Positions 27,503 through 37,783 of a DNA stretch of 64,000 nucleotides are shown here, in pieces. The notes beneath the pieces were generated by a model. It was given only the letters and a program-made list of their open reading frames with translations, was not told the DNA's origin and did no database searches. The DNA comes from Alphaproteobacteria bacterium. GTDB lineage: Bacteria; Pseudomonadota; Alphaproteobacteria; SP197. Both the position numbers and the translations under genes were made by a program. Location of the stretch: assembly GCA_965228895.1 (NCBI GenBank), contig OZ245842.1, forward strand, positions 3,840,001 to 3,904,000. The letters are read 5' to 3'. How positions within the stretch are numbered: position 1 is the stretch's first letter; each line of letters starts with the position of its first letter.

Positions 27503-28438
27503 CTAGACGGCCAGCTCGTCTTCGGGCGGATGCAGGGTCTCCTCGGCCATCCGGAAGACCCAGTCGTGGAACGCCGCGATCGCTGGACGCTCGAGCGCCT
27601 CGGGCAGACAGACGAAAAAGACGCGTGTATCCAGCGGCACGGTCAGATCGAAAGGCGCGACGAGGGCGCCGGACTTCAGGTCATCGGCAACCAGGCTTCG
27701 CGTCGTCAAGGCGACGCCCCGGCCCAGCACCGCTGCCGCCAAGGCCATCGTCGCGATATCAAAGACCGGCCCCTTCGATGCATCGATGTCGGTAACGCCG
27801 ACGGCGCGCAACCACATGTCCCAATCCGGCGCGGTGCCGACATAACCCCAGCTCTGGTCGTGCAACAGCGTGTGATGGACCAGATCCTCGGGGCATCGCA
27901 AGGGATGTTCACCTTCCAACAGGGCCGGACTGCACACCGCCGTCATGCCTTCGGCCATCAAAGGCTCGACGTAGAGCCCGGGATAATCGCCGGTGCCATA
28001 GCGCAGGCTGACATCAGCTTCGTAACTTTCCAGATCGACGATATGTGGCGTCGTCGACATATGGACCTCGATCTCCGGGTGCTGCTCCTGAAAGTCTTGA
28101 ATACGCGGCAATAGCCAGCGCGCCGCGAAGGTCGGCGATGCCGTAATGACCAACCGCATTTCGTTGTCCAGTGTCGACAGGCGCCGGACCGAGCGTTCGA
28201 GGATCAAAAGGCCGTCTCTCAGGCCCGGCAGCAACAGGATGCCCGCGGGACTTAGCTCAAGCTCCCGGTGGTGACGAATGAAGAGCTCGTGGCCAAGCCG
28301 GTCCTCCAGCGTCCGGATCTGGTGGCTTATGGCCGCCGGCGTGACATTCAACTCAAGCGCGGCCTCCTTGAAGCTCAGCAGGCGGCCAGCCGCCTCGAAA
28401 GCGCGCAAGCCGTTCAAGGGCAGGGTTGAGATCGACAT
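27503..28438 (-). CDS. LysR family regulator, GcvA-like
   Basis: PLNGLRAFEAAGRLLSFKEAALELNVTPAAISHQIR, FAARWLLPR. Confidence 0.9.
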   Translation of the reverse strand: MSISTLPLNGLRAFEAAGRLLSFKEAALELNVTPAAISHQIRTLEDRLGHELFIRHHRELELSPAGILLLPGLRDGLLILERSVRRLSTLDNEMRLVITASPTFAARWLLPRIQDFQEQHPEIEVHMSTTPHIVDLESYEADVSLRYGTGDYPGLYVEPLMAEGMTAVCSPALLEGEHPLRCPEDLVHHTLLHDQSWGYVGTAPDWDMWLRAVGVTDIDASKGPVFDIATMALAAAVLGRGVALTTRSLVADDLKSGALVAPFDLTVPLDTRVFFVCLPEALERPAIAAFHDWVFRMAEETLHPPEDELAV

Positions 28439-28568
28439 GTCGCCACTATCTGAGACAAGAAAATCTATTGCAAGACGCAAAAACATCTCGCTTGCGGAAA
28501 ATCGTTGAGATCACCAAATTCTTAGTCAGCAGATGATACCGCCGAACTCGGCGTTAAGGAGAAAGACA

Positions 28569-28745
28569 ATGACAAACCGCTTTGACCAAGGTTTCTTTTC
28601 CCACACCGCAACGGCGCGCCCCTATTGGGGCGGCGATGTGAGCGTCAGCAACCTGCATGCCGCGCCGCGGCTGCATGCCGGTCAGTCTGGCGGTGGCTTT
28701 CACAGCACCATCGCCAAGCTGATCTCGGTTTTCACCAAACATTGA
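28569..28745 (+). CDS. Small hypothetical protein (58 aa)
   Basis: AAGGAGA SD before ATG; fills the gap divergent from the GcvA-like LysR. Confidence 0.55.
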   Translation: MTNRFDQGFFSHTATARPYWGGDVSVSNLHAAPRLHAGQSGGGFHSTIAKLISVFTKH

Positions 28746-28794
28746 GCAACCCGGCCCACGAAACCCGGCAGGACAGCGGCGCCACCAGTTCCGG

Positions 28795-30345
28795 CTAATC
28801 GTCGGCCGTGGCGCCGCCTTCTTCTTTACGCCGCGCGATGAAGCCGCTCAGTTCCTCGCGAATGGCCGGATCCATCGCCGGCTCTTCGTATTCTTCAAGC
28901 AACTGTTTCCAGATGCGGTGCGCCCGGTGGGTGGCGTCGACCGCGCCGTCCTGGTGCCAGGTCTCCCAGTTGCGCCAGTCCGACAGGATCGGCTGGTAGA
29001 ACGCGTTCTCGTAGCGCTCGAGCGTGTGTTGGGCGCCGAAATAGTGGCCGCCGGGCCCGACCTCACGCATGGCGTCGAGGCCCAGTTCGTCCTTCGAGAA
29101 ATCCACCGGCTCCAGTGCCTTCATCATGGTCTGCACCATCTCCAGATCGATGATGATCTTCTCAAACGATGCGCGCAGACCACCCTCCAGCCAGCCAAAG
29201 CTGTGCAGCAGCATGTTGGTGTGCGACAGCACCGTCGCCCATAACGACATCGCGCCTTCATAGGTCGCCTGGGCGTCCGGCCAGTTCGACGCGTTCACGT
29301 TGGACGACCGGTAAGGCAGCCGGTAGCGGCGCGCCAACTGGCCGCCGATCAACGCCGCCTTGACGTATTCCGGCGTGCCGAAGGCGGGCGCGCCTGAGCG
29401 CATGTCGACATTGCTGGTGAACCCGCCATAAATCACGGGCGTGCCGGGATTGACGATTTGCAGAAAGGTGACGCCGGCCAGCGCCTCGGCATTCTGCTGG
29501 GTCAAGGCGCCGGCGATCGATACCGGCGCCATCGCACCGGCCAGGGTAAACGGCGTGACGACCACCGGCTGGTTGCGCTGCGCCATCTCGATCATGCCGA
29601 TCAGCATGGGAATATCGAGCTGCAGCGGCGAGTTGGCGTTCACCACCGTCCACATGCTGGGTTCGGCCAGCATCGTCGCTTCGTCGATGCCGCGCGCGAT
29701 CCTGACCATCTCCAAGGCGTCCAGGATCTTGCGTCGGCCGAGCGCATAACCGAAGGCGATCTTGTCGGTGATCAGGAGCTGTTCACCGACGATGTCGAGG
29801 TAGCGGATGTTAGGCTCGACATCGATCGGCTCCAGCATCGGCGTGCAACCGTGGATCGCGTTGATGACCTGTGCCAGCTTCAGCAGATCGCGGTAGTCGG
29901 CCAGATTGCCGCTGCGCCTCCCGCCCTCGATGTCGGAGATGTTGGGGTTACCGGCGACCGGCAGGAAGTTGATGTGGTTGCTGCCGAAGACCCGGTTCCG
30001 TTCGGGGTTGCGCGCGTGCAGCACGAAGCTGGCGGGCGCCTTGGCGACCATCTCCTCGACCAACGCGCGATCGAACCGTACTCGCGTGCCGTCGGCATCC
30101 ACATCGGCGCCAGCCGCCTTCAAGATCTCCCGGGCTTCGTCCAGCAGGAAGTTGATGCCGATCTCCTGCAAGACCTCAAGCGAGGCATCGTGGACCGCTT
30201 CGATCTCGTCGGCGCTGGCCAGCTCGAACGGCGGATAGGGATTGCGGACGGTCTGCCAGGCAAGCTGGGGCAGGCGCGCCGGTTTACCGCCGCCGCCCCT
30301 CTTGCGCCGGCCAGCCGACGATGCCGTCTTGTCGCGTCGCGCCAT
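28795..30345 (-). CDS. mttB: Trimethylamine methyltransferase family protein, non-pyrrolysine (MtgB-like)
   Basis: NANSPL, TPFTLAGAMAPVS, GGFTSNVDMRSGAPAFGTPE, HSFGWLEGGL, VGPGGHYFG. Confidence 0.9.
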   Translation of the reverse strand: MARRDKTASSAGRRKRGGGGKPARLPQLAWQTVRNPYPPFELASADEIEAVHDASLEVLQEIGINFLLDEAREILKAAGADVDADGTRVRFDRALVEEMVAKAPASFVLHARNPERNRVFGSNHINFLPVAGNPNISDIEGGRRSGNLADYRDLLKLAQVINAIHGCTPMLEPIDVEPNIRYLDIVGEQLLITDKIAFGYALGRRKILDALEMVRIARGIDEATMLAEPSMWTVVNANSPLQLDIPMLIGMIEMAQRNQPVVVTPFTLAGAMAPVSIAGALTQQNAEALAGVTFLQIVNPGTPVIYGGFTSNVDMRSGAPAFGTPEYVKAALIGGQLARRYRLPYRSSNVNASNWPDAQATYEGAMSLWATVLSHTNMLLHSFGWLEGGLRASFEKIIIDLEMVQTMMKALEPVDFSKDELGLDAMREVGPGGHYFGAQHTLERYENAFYQPILSDWRNWETWHQDGAVDATHRAHRIWKQLLEEYEEPAMDPAIREELSGFIARRKEEGGATADD

Positions 30346-30437
30346 GGAAACCTCGCTCGTCCCCTAAGGACCGCATCCTAGGCGGCGTTGGCGGCAGTCC
30401 GGAAATCGAACCTTCGCCGGAATCTCATGCACGGTTT

Positions 30438-31370
30438 TTATGGACTCATGGCGAGAAAGCGCATGGCGTCGCCGTCGCACCACGCCGCCAGGCGTGCCGC
30501 GACAAAAGCAGCCGGGGTCTCCGCCACACCCTGGCGCCGGTGACAGACCGACCACGGGATGGTCAGGCCGCGCTCGGTCAGCGGACGCGCAACCAGCCCC
30601 CACCTTTCGAGATCCGGCGCCACCGCCCACGCACTCACCACGGTCACGCCTCTGCCGGCCGCAACCAGCGACAGCATCGCATCCAACGGTCCGGCGCGCA
30701 GGTAGGAGACCGGCAGCACCCGAGCCGGCCGGAACAGCAGATCGTGCTCCATACCGGGCTCGAAGACCGTCGAATAGGTGATGTAGATCTGGTCGGCCAG
30801 ATCGGCGGCGGTCACAAACGGTTTCTGCGCAAGCCCATGGCCGCTGGCCATGACGGCAACCAGTTGATCCTCGAACAAGCGCATGACCTCGACACCGCGG
30901 CGGCGCGGATTTCCGGGCGCCAGCGCCAGGTCGATGGCGCCGTCCTCGAGCGCGGAGAGCGGTACCGACAGCGTATCCGTGTGAAACTCGACCTCGATCT
31001 CCGGCGCGACCTCGGCAATCTCGTCGAGAAAGGCCGGGACCCAGCGGAAACCGCAATAGGCGCGCGCGCCAAGCCGCACCAGCGCTTTGACCCCGCCACG
31101 ATAGCGCTCGAGATCGGCCTCCGCGCGCTCCAGCTCGCCCATGATCAACCGGGCCGACTGCAGGAGCTCCTGCCCCTGCCACGTCAGCACCAGACGCCGG
31201 TTGACGCGGCGGAACAACGGCACGCCGGCACGCCGTTCGGCCTCGCGCACCTGATGGCTCAGCGCCGGCTGTGTCAGGCCCAGCGCACGGGCGGCGCTGG
31301 TCACCGTCTTATGCCGGTCAAGGGCGACCAGCATGCGCAGATGGCGAATATCCAGATGCGGCATGGTCAT
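30438..31370 (-). CDS. LysR family regulator (MetR-like)
   Basis: LDIRHLR...VTSAARALGLTQPALSHQVRE helix-turn-helix. Confidence 0.88.
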   Translation of the reverse strand: MTMPHLDIRHLRMLVALDRHKTVTSAARALGLTQPALSHQVREAERRAGVPLFRRVNRRLVLTWQGQELLQSARLIMGELERAEADLERYRGGVKALVRLGARAYCGFRWVPAFLDEIAEVAPEIEVEFHTDTLSVPLSALEDGAIDLALAPGNPRRRGVEVMRLFEDQLVAVMASGHGLAQKPFVTAADLADQIYITYSTVFEPGMEHDLLFRPARVLPVSYLRAGPLDAMLSLVAAGRGVTVVSAWAVAPDLERWGLVARPLTERGLTIPWSVCHRRQGVAETPAAFVAARLAAWCDGDAMRFLAMSP

Positions 31371-31432
31371 AAGAAACAATCATGACCAAGCCCTGTTACC
31401 ACGGCAAGGGCGACGGGCTCAGTTGGCCGGGC

Positions 31433-31468
31433 AAAAAAGAGAGGCCGGCGGTGACCCGCCGGCCTCTC
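31433..31468 (-). terminator. Intrinsic terminator after the ABC substrate-binding gene
   Basis: Perfect 13-bp stem GAGAGGCCGGCGG-tgac-CCGCCGGCCTCTC with a T6 tract on the minus strand. Confidence 0.85.
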
Positions 31469-31492
31469 GGCCACATTCGTGTGGTCGTTCGA

Positions 31493-33094
31493 TCAGGCTT
31501 GGCTTTCGTCGAGCCAGATTTCTTCGTAAGGCCAGCCGGCGCCCAAAGCGAACGCGGAACTGCCGTGGAAGTTCTGGACCCGGGCGTTGATGCCCTCGAC
31601 GTAGTTGGAGAAGAACGGGATGAACGCGCCGCCATCGTCATGCAGCAGCGTGCACGCCTCGCAATAGATGGCCAGGCGCTTCTCCGGATCGGTCTCGATC
31701 CGGCCCATGACCAGCAATTCGTCGAAGCGCTCGTTGCACCACGCCGTCTCGTTCCAGGAACCGCCGCAGGCATGCGCGATGGTCAGGATCAGGTCGGCGG
31801 TCGGACGCGAGTTCCAGCCCGACACGTTGAACGGCGTCTGCATCCAGGTGTGGCTCCAGTAACCGTCATCGGGCACCCGGTTCAGCGTGATGTCGATGCC
31901 GGCCTGGGAGGCCTGCTCCTGCAGAATCACCGAACTGTCGACCGCGTTGGCGTGACCGGCATTGGAAACCGCAAGCTCGATCGACGACAGGCCGGTCTTG
32001 TCCCAATAGAACTTGGCCTTGTCGGGATCGTAGTCGTGCTGCGGAATGTCGCGGCAATAGGTCGGCAGTCCCGGGTTGACCGGGAAGTCGTTGGCGACAA
32101 CGCCGTGACCCAGCAACACATTGTCGACGAGATACTGGCGATCGACGCAATGCTTCATGGCCAGCCGGACATTCAGATCGCTGGTCGGCGCGCGATCGCA
32201 CATCATATCCCAGATGAAGAACGAACCCGACGGCGTCGATACCACGTTGACGTTGGGATCCTGAGCCAACAGGCTGGCCAGACGCGGCTCGACACGCAAC
32301 GTCATGTCGACATCGCCGGACTTCAACGCGTTGCCGCGCGACGCGTTGTCCGGAATGCCCTGGGTGACGAAGGTATCGACATGGCCGGCGCCTTCGTTCC
32401 AGTAATTGCCGAACTTCTCGGTTACCGATTCACGGCCCGGCTCAAAATCGGTCAGACGATAGGGGCCCGTGCCGTTCACTGGATCGCCGTCGACCCAGCC
32501 TTCGTGAACGATCGACGTGTGATAGTCGTGACCCATCAGAACCGGGAAGTCCGCATTGCCGGAGTTCAGCGTGATGACCAGGACATGATCGCCATCAGCC
32601 TTCATGTCGACAATCGGCGACAGCAACGGCTTGGACGGTGACTCCGAGCCTTCCTTGATGTGCTCGTTGATCGAATAGATGGCATCGGCCGCCGTGAACG
32701 GCTTGCCGTCATGGAACTCGACGCCTTCGCGCAGCTTGAAGGTCCAGACCTTGGCTTCTTCGGAGGATTCCCATTCGGTCGCCAGGTTCGGCACGACATT
32801 CAGATCGCGGTCCAGGTTGGTCAGGCGATTATAGACCTGATAGGCCCGCTGAATGTCCGTCGAGTTGGTCATCTTGGTCGGATCGAAGGTCTCTTCGGCG
32901 CCGGCATATTCCGGCGCAACAACCGCCGTGCCGCCCTTTTTGGGTTCAGCCGCGACACCTGCCGTCGACATCATGGTTGTGGCGGCAGCCGCCGTTACAC
33001 CCAGAGCACTGGCACGTCCGACAAATTCGCGACGCGACATTTTGCCGGCTTTGGCCTGCTCGAGGTACCAGTCTAGTTGTTTGGTCATTCTCAT
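31493..33094 (-). CDS. ABC transporter substrate-binding protein, family 5 (Tat-exported)
   Basis: MSRREFV twin-arginine motif; LATEWE, WTFKLREGVEFHDGKPFTAAD, NGTGPY. Confidence 0.9.
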   Translation of the reverse strand: MRMTKQLDWYLEQAKAGKMSRREFVGRASALGVTAAAATTMMSTAGVAAEPKKGGTAVVAPEYAGAEETFDPTKMTNSTDIQRAYQVYNRLTNLDRDLNVVPNLATEWESSEEAKVWTFKLREGVEFHDGKPFTAADAIYSINEHIKEGSESPSKPLLSPIVDMKADGDHVLVITLNSGNADFPVLMGHDYHTSIVHEGWVDGDPVNGTGPYRLTDFEPGRESVTEKFGNYWNEGAGHVDTFVTQGIPDNASRGNALKSGDVDMTLRVEPRLASLLAQDPNVNVVSTPSGSFFIWDMMCDRAPTSDLNVRLAMKHCVDRQYLVDNVLLGHGVVANDFPVNPGLPTYCRDIPQHDYDPDKAKFYWDKTGLSSIELAVSNAGHANAVDSSVILQEQASQAGIDITLNRVPDDGYWSHTWMQTPFNVSGWNSRPTADLILTIAHACGGSWNETAWCNERFDELLVMGRIETDPEKRLAIYCEACTLLHDDGGAFIPFFSNYVEGINARVQNFHGSSAFALGAGWPYEEIWLDESQA

Positions 33095-33338
33095 CTCCCA
33101 GTCACGCTATTGGCGGCGCCGAGCGCCTCTTGTTGTCGCCGGTCGTCCCGCCGCTCCGCGCGAAGTCTAGCGGATCATCCGGAAAACGAAAGGCATTGCC
33201 AAAACAATTAGGATTGACCCGACCGCCGGTTTCTGGCCCGAAAACGACCGCAATTCCGCCAGTTTTGTATGGCGTGGTCATAACGCGCCGACGATCGATC
33301 AGGTTAGCCCGCACGATCATCTGAACAGCTATCGGTCA

Positions 33339-35048
33339 TCATCTGAGCATGTAGAGCTGTGCCAGCGCCAAGCGGTCAACCGGATCGCACCAGGCCCGTT
33401 CGCCGTCGACCGTGACGTCAAAGGTCTGGTTGTCGACCGTAATCTCCGGCAGCGCATCGTTCAGATGCATCGATGCCTTCGACAGCGTTCGCGTGCCGCC
33501 CAGCGGCAACAGCATGCGGCCAAGACCCAGCCGGCCGGCAAGGTCACCGTCGATGGCGCTGGGATGAACGAAGGTCGCCGACACGGCCTGTGGCGCCAGA
33601 CCATGGGCGCCCCACTGCTCGCGCAGGATAATCGGATCGGCGCCGGTGATGCTGGCCGCTGAATCGCCCATGGCCGCCCAGGCCGTGAAACCGCCCTTGA
33701 TTACGACGCTGGGTTTGATGCCGAAGAAGGCCGGCTTCCACAAAACGATATCAGCGAGCTTACCGGTTTCGAGCGAACCGACATGACGGTCGATGCCGAA
33801 CACCCGGGCCGCGTTGATTGTGTATTTGGAGAGGTATCGCAGGACGCGCCGGTTGTCGGCGCCGTCGATCGGCTCGCCGTCCAACGCACCGCGCTGATCG
33901 CGCATCTTGCTCGCCAACTGCCAGCAACGCGCGATCACCTCGTTGATGCGTCCCATGCCCTGGCTGTCGGAGCCGAACATGGAGATGGCGCCGATGTCGT
34001 GAAGAATATCCTCCGCAGCGATGGTCTGCGCGCGGATCCGGCTCTCGGCAAAGGCGACGTCCTCCGGCACATGCGGGCTCAGGTGATGCACCGTCATGGT
34101 CATGTCGAGATGTTCGTCGAACGTGTTGAGCGTGAAGGGATTGGTCGGGTTGGTCGATGACGGCAGGCAGTTGGCCTCGCCGTTGCAGCGGATGATGTCC
34201 GGCGCATGGCCGCCGCCTGCGCCTTCGGTGTGATACATGTGAATGGCGCGCCCGCCGATCGCCGCCATGGTGCTCTCGTAAAAGCCCGCTTCGTTCAGCG
34301 TGTCCGTGTGGATCTGGACCTGAAAGTCCATCTCGTCGGCGACCGAGAGACAGCAATCGATGGTCGCCGGCATCGCACCGTAATCCTCGTGGATCTTGAC
34401 GCCGATGGCGCCGCCGGCGATGTGGGCGCGGATGCCATCGGGATCATGACAACTGCCGCGTGTCAGAAAACCGAGATTCATCGGCATGGCGTCGCTTGCC
34501 TTGAGCATGTTACCGGTCGTCCAATCGCCACCGGAATCGACACCGAACAGAATACCGTGCCCACCGCCAATCATGGTCGTCAGGCCGGCCGACAGGGCGT
34601 GGCGCACAAGGGCCGGGCTCTTGTGATGGACGTGCACGTCGATGCCGCCGGGCGTTGCGATCAGCCCGTCGCCATGGGCCACCAGCGTCGCCGGCCCACA
34701 GATGAGATCGGGATGCACGCCATCCATGACCGCCGGATTGCCGGCCTTGCCAAGACCGACGATACGCCCTTCGCGCACGCCCAGATCGCCTTTGACGACA
34801 CCCAGCATCGGGTCGATGACCAACACGTTGTGGACAACGAGGTCCAGCGCGCCGTCTGCTTGACTGTGGCTCGCCTGAAAACCCATGGCATCGCGGAACG
34901 ACTTGCCGCCGCCGGTGGTGAGCTCCTCGCCCGGCACGCCGTGATCATGTTCGACCTCGGCGACCAGCGACGTGTTGGCAAGGCGCACGCGGTCGCCCTT
35001 GGTCGGCCCGTACATGGCGGCATAGGCCGCCCGTGTCATGACTGCCAT
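33339..35048 (-). CDS. ureC: Urease alpha subunit, divergent
   Basis: [59 protein letters not shown]. Confidence 0.88.
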   Translation of the reverse strand: MAVMTRAAYAAMYGPTKGDRVRLANTSLVAEVEHDHGVPGEELTTGGGKSFRDAMGFQASHSQADGALDLVVHNVLVIDPMLGVVKGDLGVREGRIVGLGKAGNPAVMDGVHPDLICGPATLVAHGDGLIATPGGIDVHVHHKSPALVRHALSAGLTTMIGGGHGILFGVDSGGDWTTGNMLKASDAMPMNLGFLTRGSCHDPDGIRAHIAGGAIGVKIHEDYGAMPATIDCCLSVADEMDFQVQIHTDTLNEAGFYESTMAAIGGRAIHMYHTEGAGGGHAPDIIRCNGEANCLPSSTNPTNPFTLNTFDEHLDMTMTVHHLSPHVPEDVAFAESRIRAQTIAAEDILHDIGAISMFGSDSQGMGRINEVIARCWQLASKMRDQRGALDGEPIDGADNRRVLRYLSKYTINAARVFGIDRHVGSLETGKLADIVLWKPAFFGIKPSVVIKGGFTAWAAMGDSAASITGADPIILREQWGAHGLAPQAVSATFVHPSAIDGDLAGRLGLGRMLLPLGGTRTLSKASMHLNDALPEITVDNQTFDVTVDGERAWCDPVDRLALAQLYMLR

Positions 35049-35057
35049 GGTCCGCTC

Positions 35058-35759
35058 CTATGCGCCGTTGAACCCACGATCGCGTGCGCGGTCCAGGGCG
35101 GCGGCACGGACATCGGGATCGTGGACCGACCCGTTGGTCAGGTTGTTGAAACCGGAGACCCGCCCCTCGCCGCCAATCGCGACAAGATCGACGTCACGCG
35201 CTTGCCCCGGTTCGAACCGTTGCGCGGTGCCGGAAGGAATATCGAGACGTTTGCCAAAGGCCGCCTCACGATCGAACGAAAGCGCCGGGTTAACCTCGAA
35301 GAAGTGGAAGTGACTGCCGACCTGCACCGGCCGGTCGCCGGTATTCAGTACGCTAATGGTCGCTTTGTCGCGCCCAGCGTTCAGTTCGATATCGCCATCG
35401 GGCGTCACCACTTCACCGGCGCGCGCATCGTTGCCGTCGGCGAGTTTGTCACTGCCCGGTCGGATCGGGTCGTGCACGGTGATCAGCTTGGCACCGTCTG
35501 GGAACAGGCCTTCGACCATGATGACCGGCAGCAGTCGGGTAACGCCCGGCAGAACATCGTCGGTCGTCAGCAGCGTCGCGCCCCATCCCATCAGGTCTTT
35601 GACCGAACGGCCTTCCCGCGCGCCTTCCAGCAGCGCGTCGGCGATAAAGGCATGGGCCTCGGGGTGGTTGAGTTTAAGGCCCTTCTCCTTGCGCCGGCGC
35701 GCCATCTCGGCGGCGACAAAGATCGTCATGCGCTCCATCTCGGTCGGTGTCAGCATCAT
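35058..35759 (-). CDS. ureAB: Fused urease gamma/beta subunit
   Basis: Gamma LTPTE...KLNHPEA...[14 protein letters not shown] joined to beta [19 protein letters not shown]...RLDIPSGT. Confidence 0.92.
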   Translation of the reverse strand: MMLTPTEMERMTIFVAAEMARRRKEKGLKLNHPEAHAFIADALLEGAREGRSVKDLMGWGATLLTTDDVLPGVTRLLPVIMVEGLFPDGAKLITVHDPIRPGSDKLADGNDARAGEVVTPDGDIELNAGRDKATISVLNTGDRPVQVGSHFHFFEVNPALSFDREAAFGKRLDIPSGTAQRFEPGQARDVDLVAIGGEGRVSGFNNLTNGSVHDPDVRAAALDRARDRGFNGA

Positions 35760-35807
35760 GGTCTCGCCACTCCCGTCATTGTTCCTCTATCTTAGGGCGA
35801 TAGCTCG

Positions 35808-35944
35808 CTAGAGCAGATCCCGTTTTGGTGGAATCGCTTCGCGATTCCGTCAAGACGGGTGAATCTGCTCTACTCATAAATCGAGAGCGGGCCATGGTTA
35901 GGTGGAACCGTCAAACGGTTCTACCTAACCATGGCCCGCTCTAG
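35808..35944. repeat. CTAG-bounded double-hairpin repeat, copy 3
   Basis: CTAGAGCAGATC...GTGAATCTGCTCTA...AGAGCGGGCCATGG...CCATGGCCCGCTCTAG. Confidence 0.9.
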
Positions 35945-35954
35945 GGTGCACGCG

Positions 35955-36793
35955 ATGACAGACATGAAACAATTTGATCCAGGTGCCCAGAATGACTGGA
36001 TCTTCGACGCGGTGGCCCGAGACGGCGGTGCCATCGTTGAAGGCGTGCTGAATCGCGGTTTCTTTGCCGCGCTGCGCGACGAACTGGCCGGTTCGATCGA
36101 CGAAGCGCAGCCGGGAAGCCGGTCCGGCAACACACGTGTCGAGGGTTTTCACGGTGCCAACACCAAACGCATCTGCAGTCTGGCGCGCCGCTCGCCGGCC
36201 TTTGTCGACCTCATGCTGCACCCCCTGCTGCTTGCCTTCGCCGACCGCTTTCTACTGCCGGCCTGCAGCGACTACTGGCTCAACACCGGTCAGCTGATGA
36301 TCGTCGGCCCGGGTGAGCCGGCGCAGCGGCTGCATCGCGACGAAGGCAACTGGCCCTATCAGCCGTGGCCGGGACCGGAGGGACGGTGAGTTCCATGTGG
36401 GCGTTGTCGGACTTCACGGCTGAGGTCGGCGCGACCCGCGTGATACCGGGCAGCCATCTTTGGTCCGAACGCGATGAAGACGGCGATGACAGCGAGGCGG
36501 TCCAAGCCGTGATGCCGGCCGGCTCGGTCCTGCTTTATTCGGGCAAGGTCCGCCATGGCGCCGGCGCCAACCAAACGGCGGACACCTGGCGCTGGGGCCT
36601 TCATGTGAGCTACGTGGTCGGATGGCTGCGGCCGGAAGAAAACCACAACATGGCCGTGCCGATCGATACCGCACGGGATCTGCCGGAGCGCGCCCAGGCG
36701 CTGCTCGGTTACACATCGTATGTCCCCGACAAGGGCGGACGCTTGGGTCTGGTGGAGTTCGAGGATGCCGCGCTGGTGACGCGGGGGCCGTAG
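35955..36793 (+). pseudogene. Phytanoyl-CoA dioxygenase family gene split by a 1-nt frameshift near 36381
   Basis: N-half ...QRLHRDEGNWPYQPWPGPE; C-half TVSSMWALSDFT...PGSH...HGAGAN...GWLRPEEN lies in the adjacent frame; could be a sequencing error. Confidence 0.75.
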
Positions 36794-36802
36794 GCATCTG
36801 GA

Positions 36803-37753
36803 CTAGGCGCTCAGCGCGTCACCCCAGCGGTTACGGATGGCGGCTTCGACCATCTGCGGTGTCAATCCGCTCATCATCGTTCCCGTGGTCCGGGTGTCGT
36901 AATCCGGACCGCCGATCAGCTCGTCGATGGATTCCGGCGTTCTGACGACCAGACCGTTCGGCCCCCAAGGCCCGTAATGAATATCATTGGTCGGGCCGAA
37001 CAGGCCGACTGTCGGCCGGCCGGTGGCCGCCGCCAGATGCATCATGGCGGAATCGTTACCGACAAAAAGCCGGCAACGGCGCATCGCGGCAAACGTCGAC
37101 AGCACGTCGACACCCATGCCGTCGATCAACCGATCCCCTGGCACACCGTCAAAGATCGGCTGCGCGGTCGCACGCTCGTTTTCCGCGCCGACCAGAAGCA
37201 GCCGCGAACCCTCCAGCGCGCCGCCTGGCGCCAGCAGCCGGTTGGCCAACTCCACAAAGCTTTGCGCCGGCCAGATCTTGCCTGGCCAAGAGGCGCCCGG
37301 CGCAATCGCGACGATGTCACCGCCATCACCAACAAGTTCGTGGGCCCGCTCTTCGTGGGTGGCATTGGTCCAGACATAGGGATCAAGTGGCGGTGATCCG
37401 AGAACCGACGCGTTCATCACCACACGGTGAACCGGCGCGGTGTTCTTGGGCAGAACACGCCGTTCCTCGGCACGCAACACATAGGGCATGGCCGTGCGCC
37501 GAAGATCGACGACAACCCGCCAGCGCTGCCCAACGGTCTCACGCCAAAGATCAAACCAGTGCAATGAATGACGCCGTTTGCGAATGACGTGGATGCGCGC
37601 CAGGCGTGGCGCTGCCTCGAACACCTTGGCGGCGGGCGCACCGCAAGCGATCGTTACCGCGTCATCGGGGTAATCGTCGAGCAGCCGTTTCAACACGCCC
37701 GACGAAAGAATGGCATCGCCAATATATGTCGAGGTGATGAACAGGATGGCCAT
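36803..37753 (-). CDS. Glycosyltransferase family 9 (heptosyltransferase-like)
   Basis: IGDAIL, APGASWPGKIWP, FVGNDSAMMHLAAA, GLFGPT. Confidence 0.9.
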   Translation of the reverse strand: MAILFITSTYIGDAILSSGVLKRLLDDYPDDAVTIACGAPAAKVFEAAPRLARIHVIRKRRHSLHWFDLWRETVGQRWRVVVDLRRTAMPYVLRAEERRVLPKNTAPVHRVVMNASVLGSPPLDPYVWTNATHEERAHELVGDGGDIVAIAPGASWPGKIWPAQSFVELANRLLAPGGALEGSRLLLVGAENERATAQPIFDGVPGDRLIDGMGVDVLSTFAAMRRCRLFVGNDSAMMHLAAATGRPTVGLFGPTNDIHYGPWGPNGLVVRTPESIDELIGGPDYDTRTTGTMMSGLTPQMVEAAIRNRWGDALSA

Positions 37754-37783
37754 GATGTCGAAAGCGCAGCGTGACTGCTGGGG

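Noticed and set aside
28795-30345. Pyrrolysine recoding in the MttB homolog
   Set aside because: No in-frame TAG and no pyl genes in the window
34206-35795. 529-aa plus-strand ORF
   Set aside because: Antisense shadow of the urease genes
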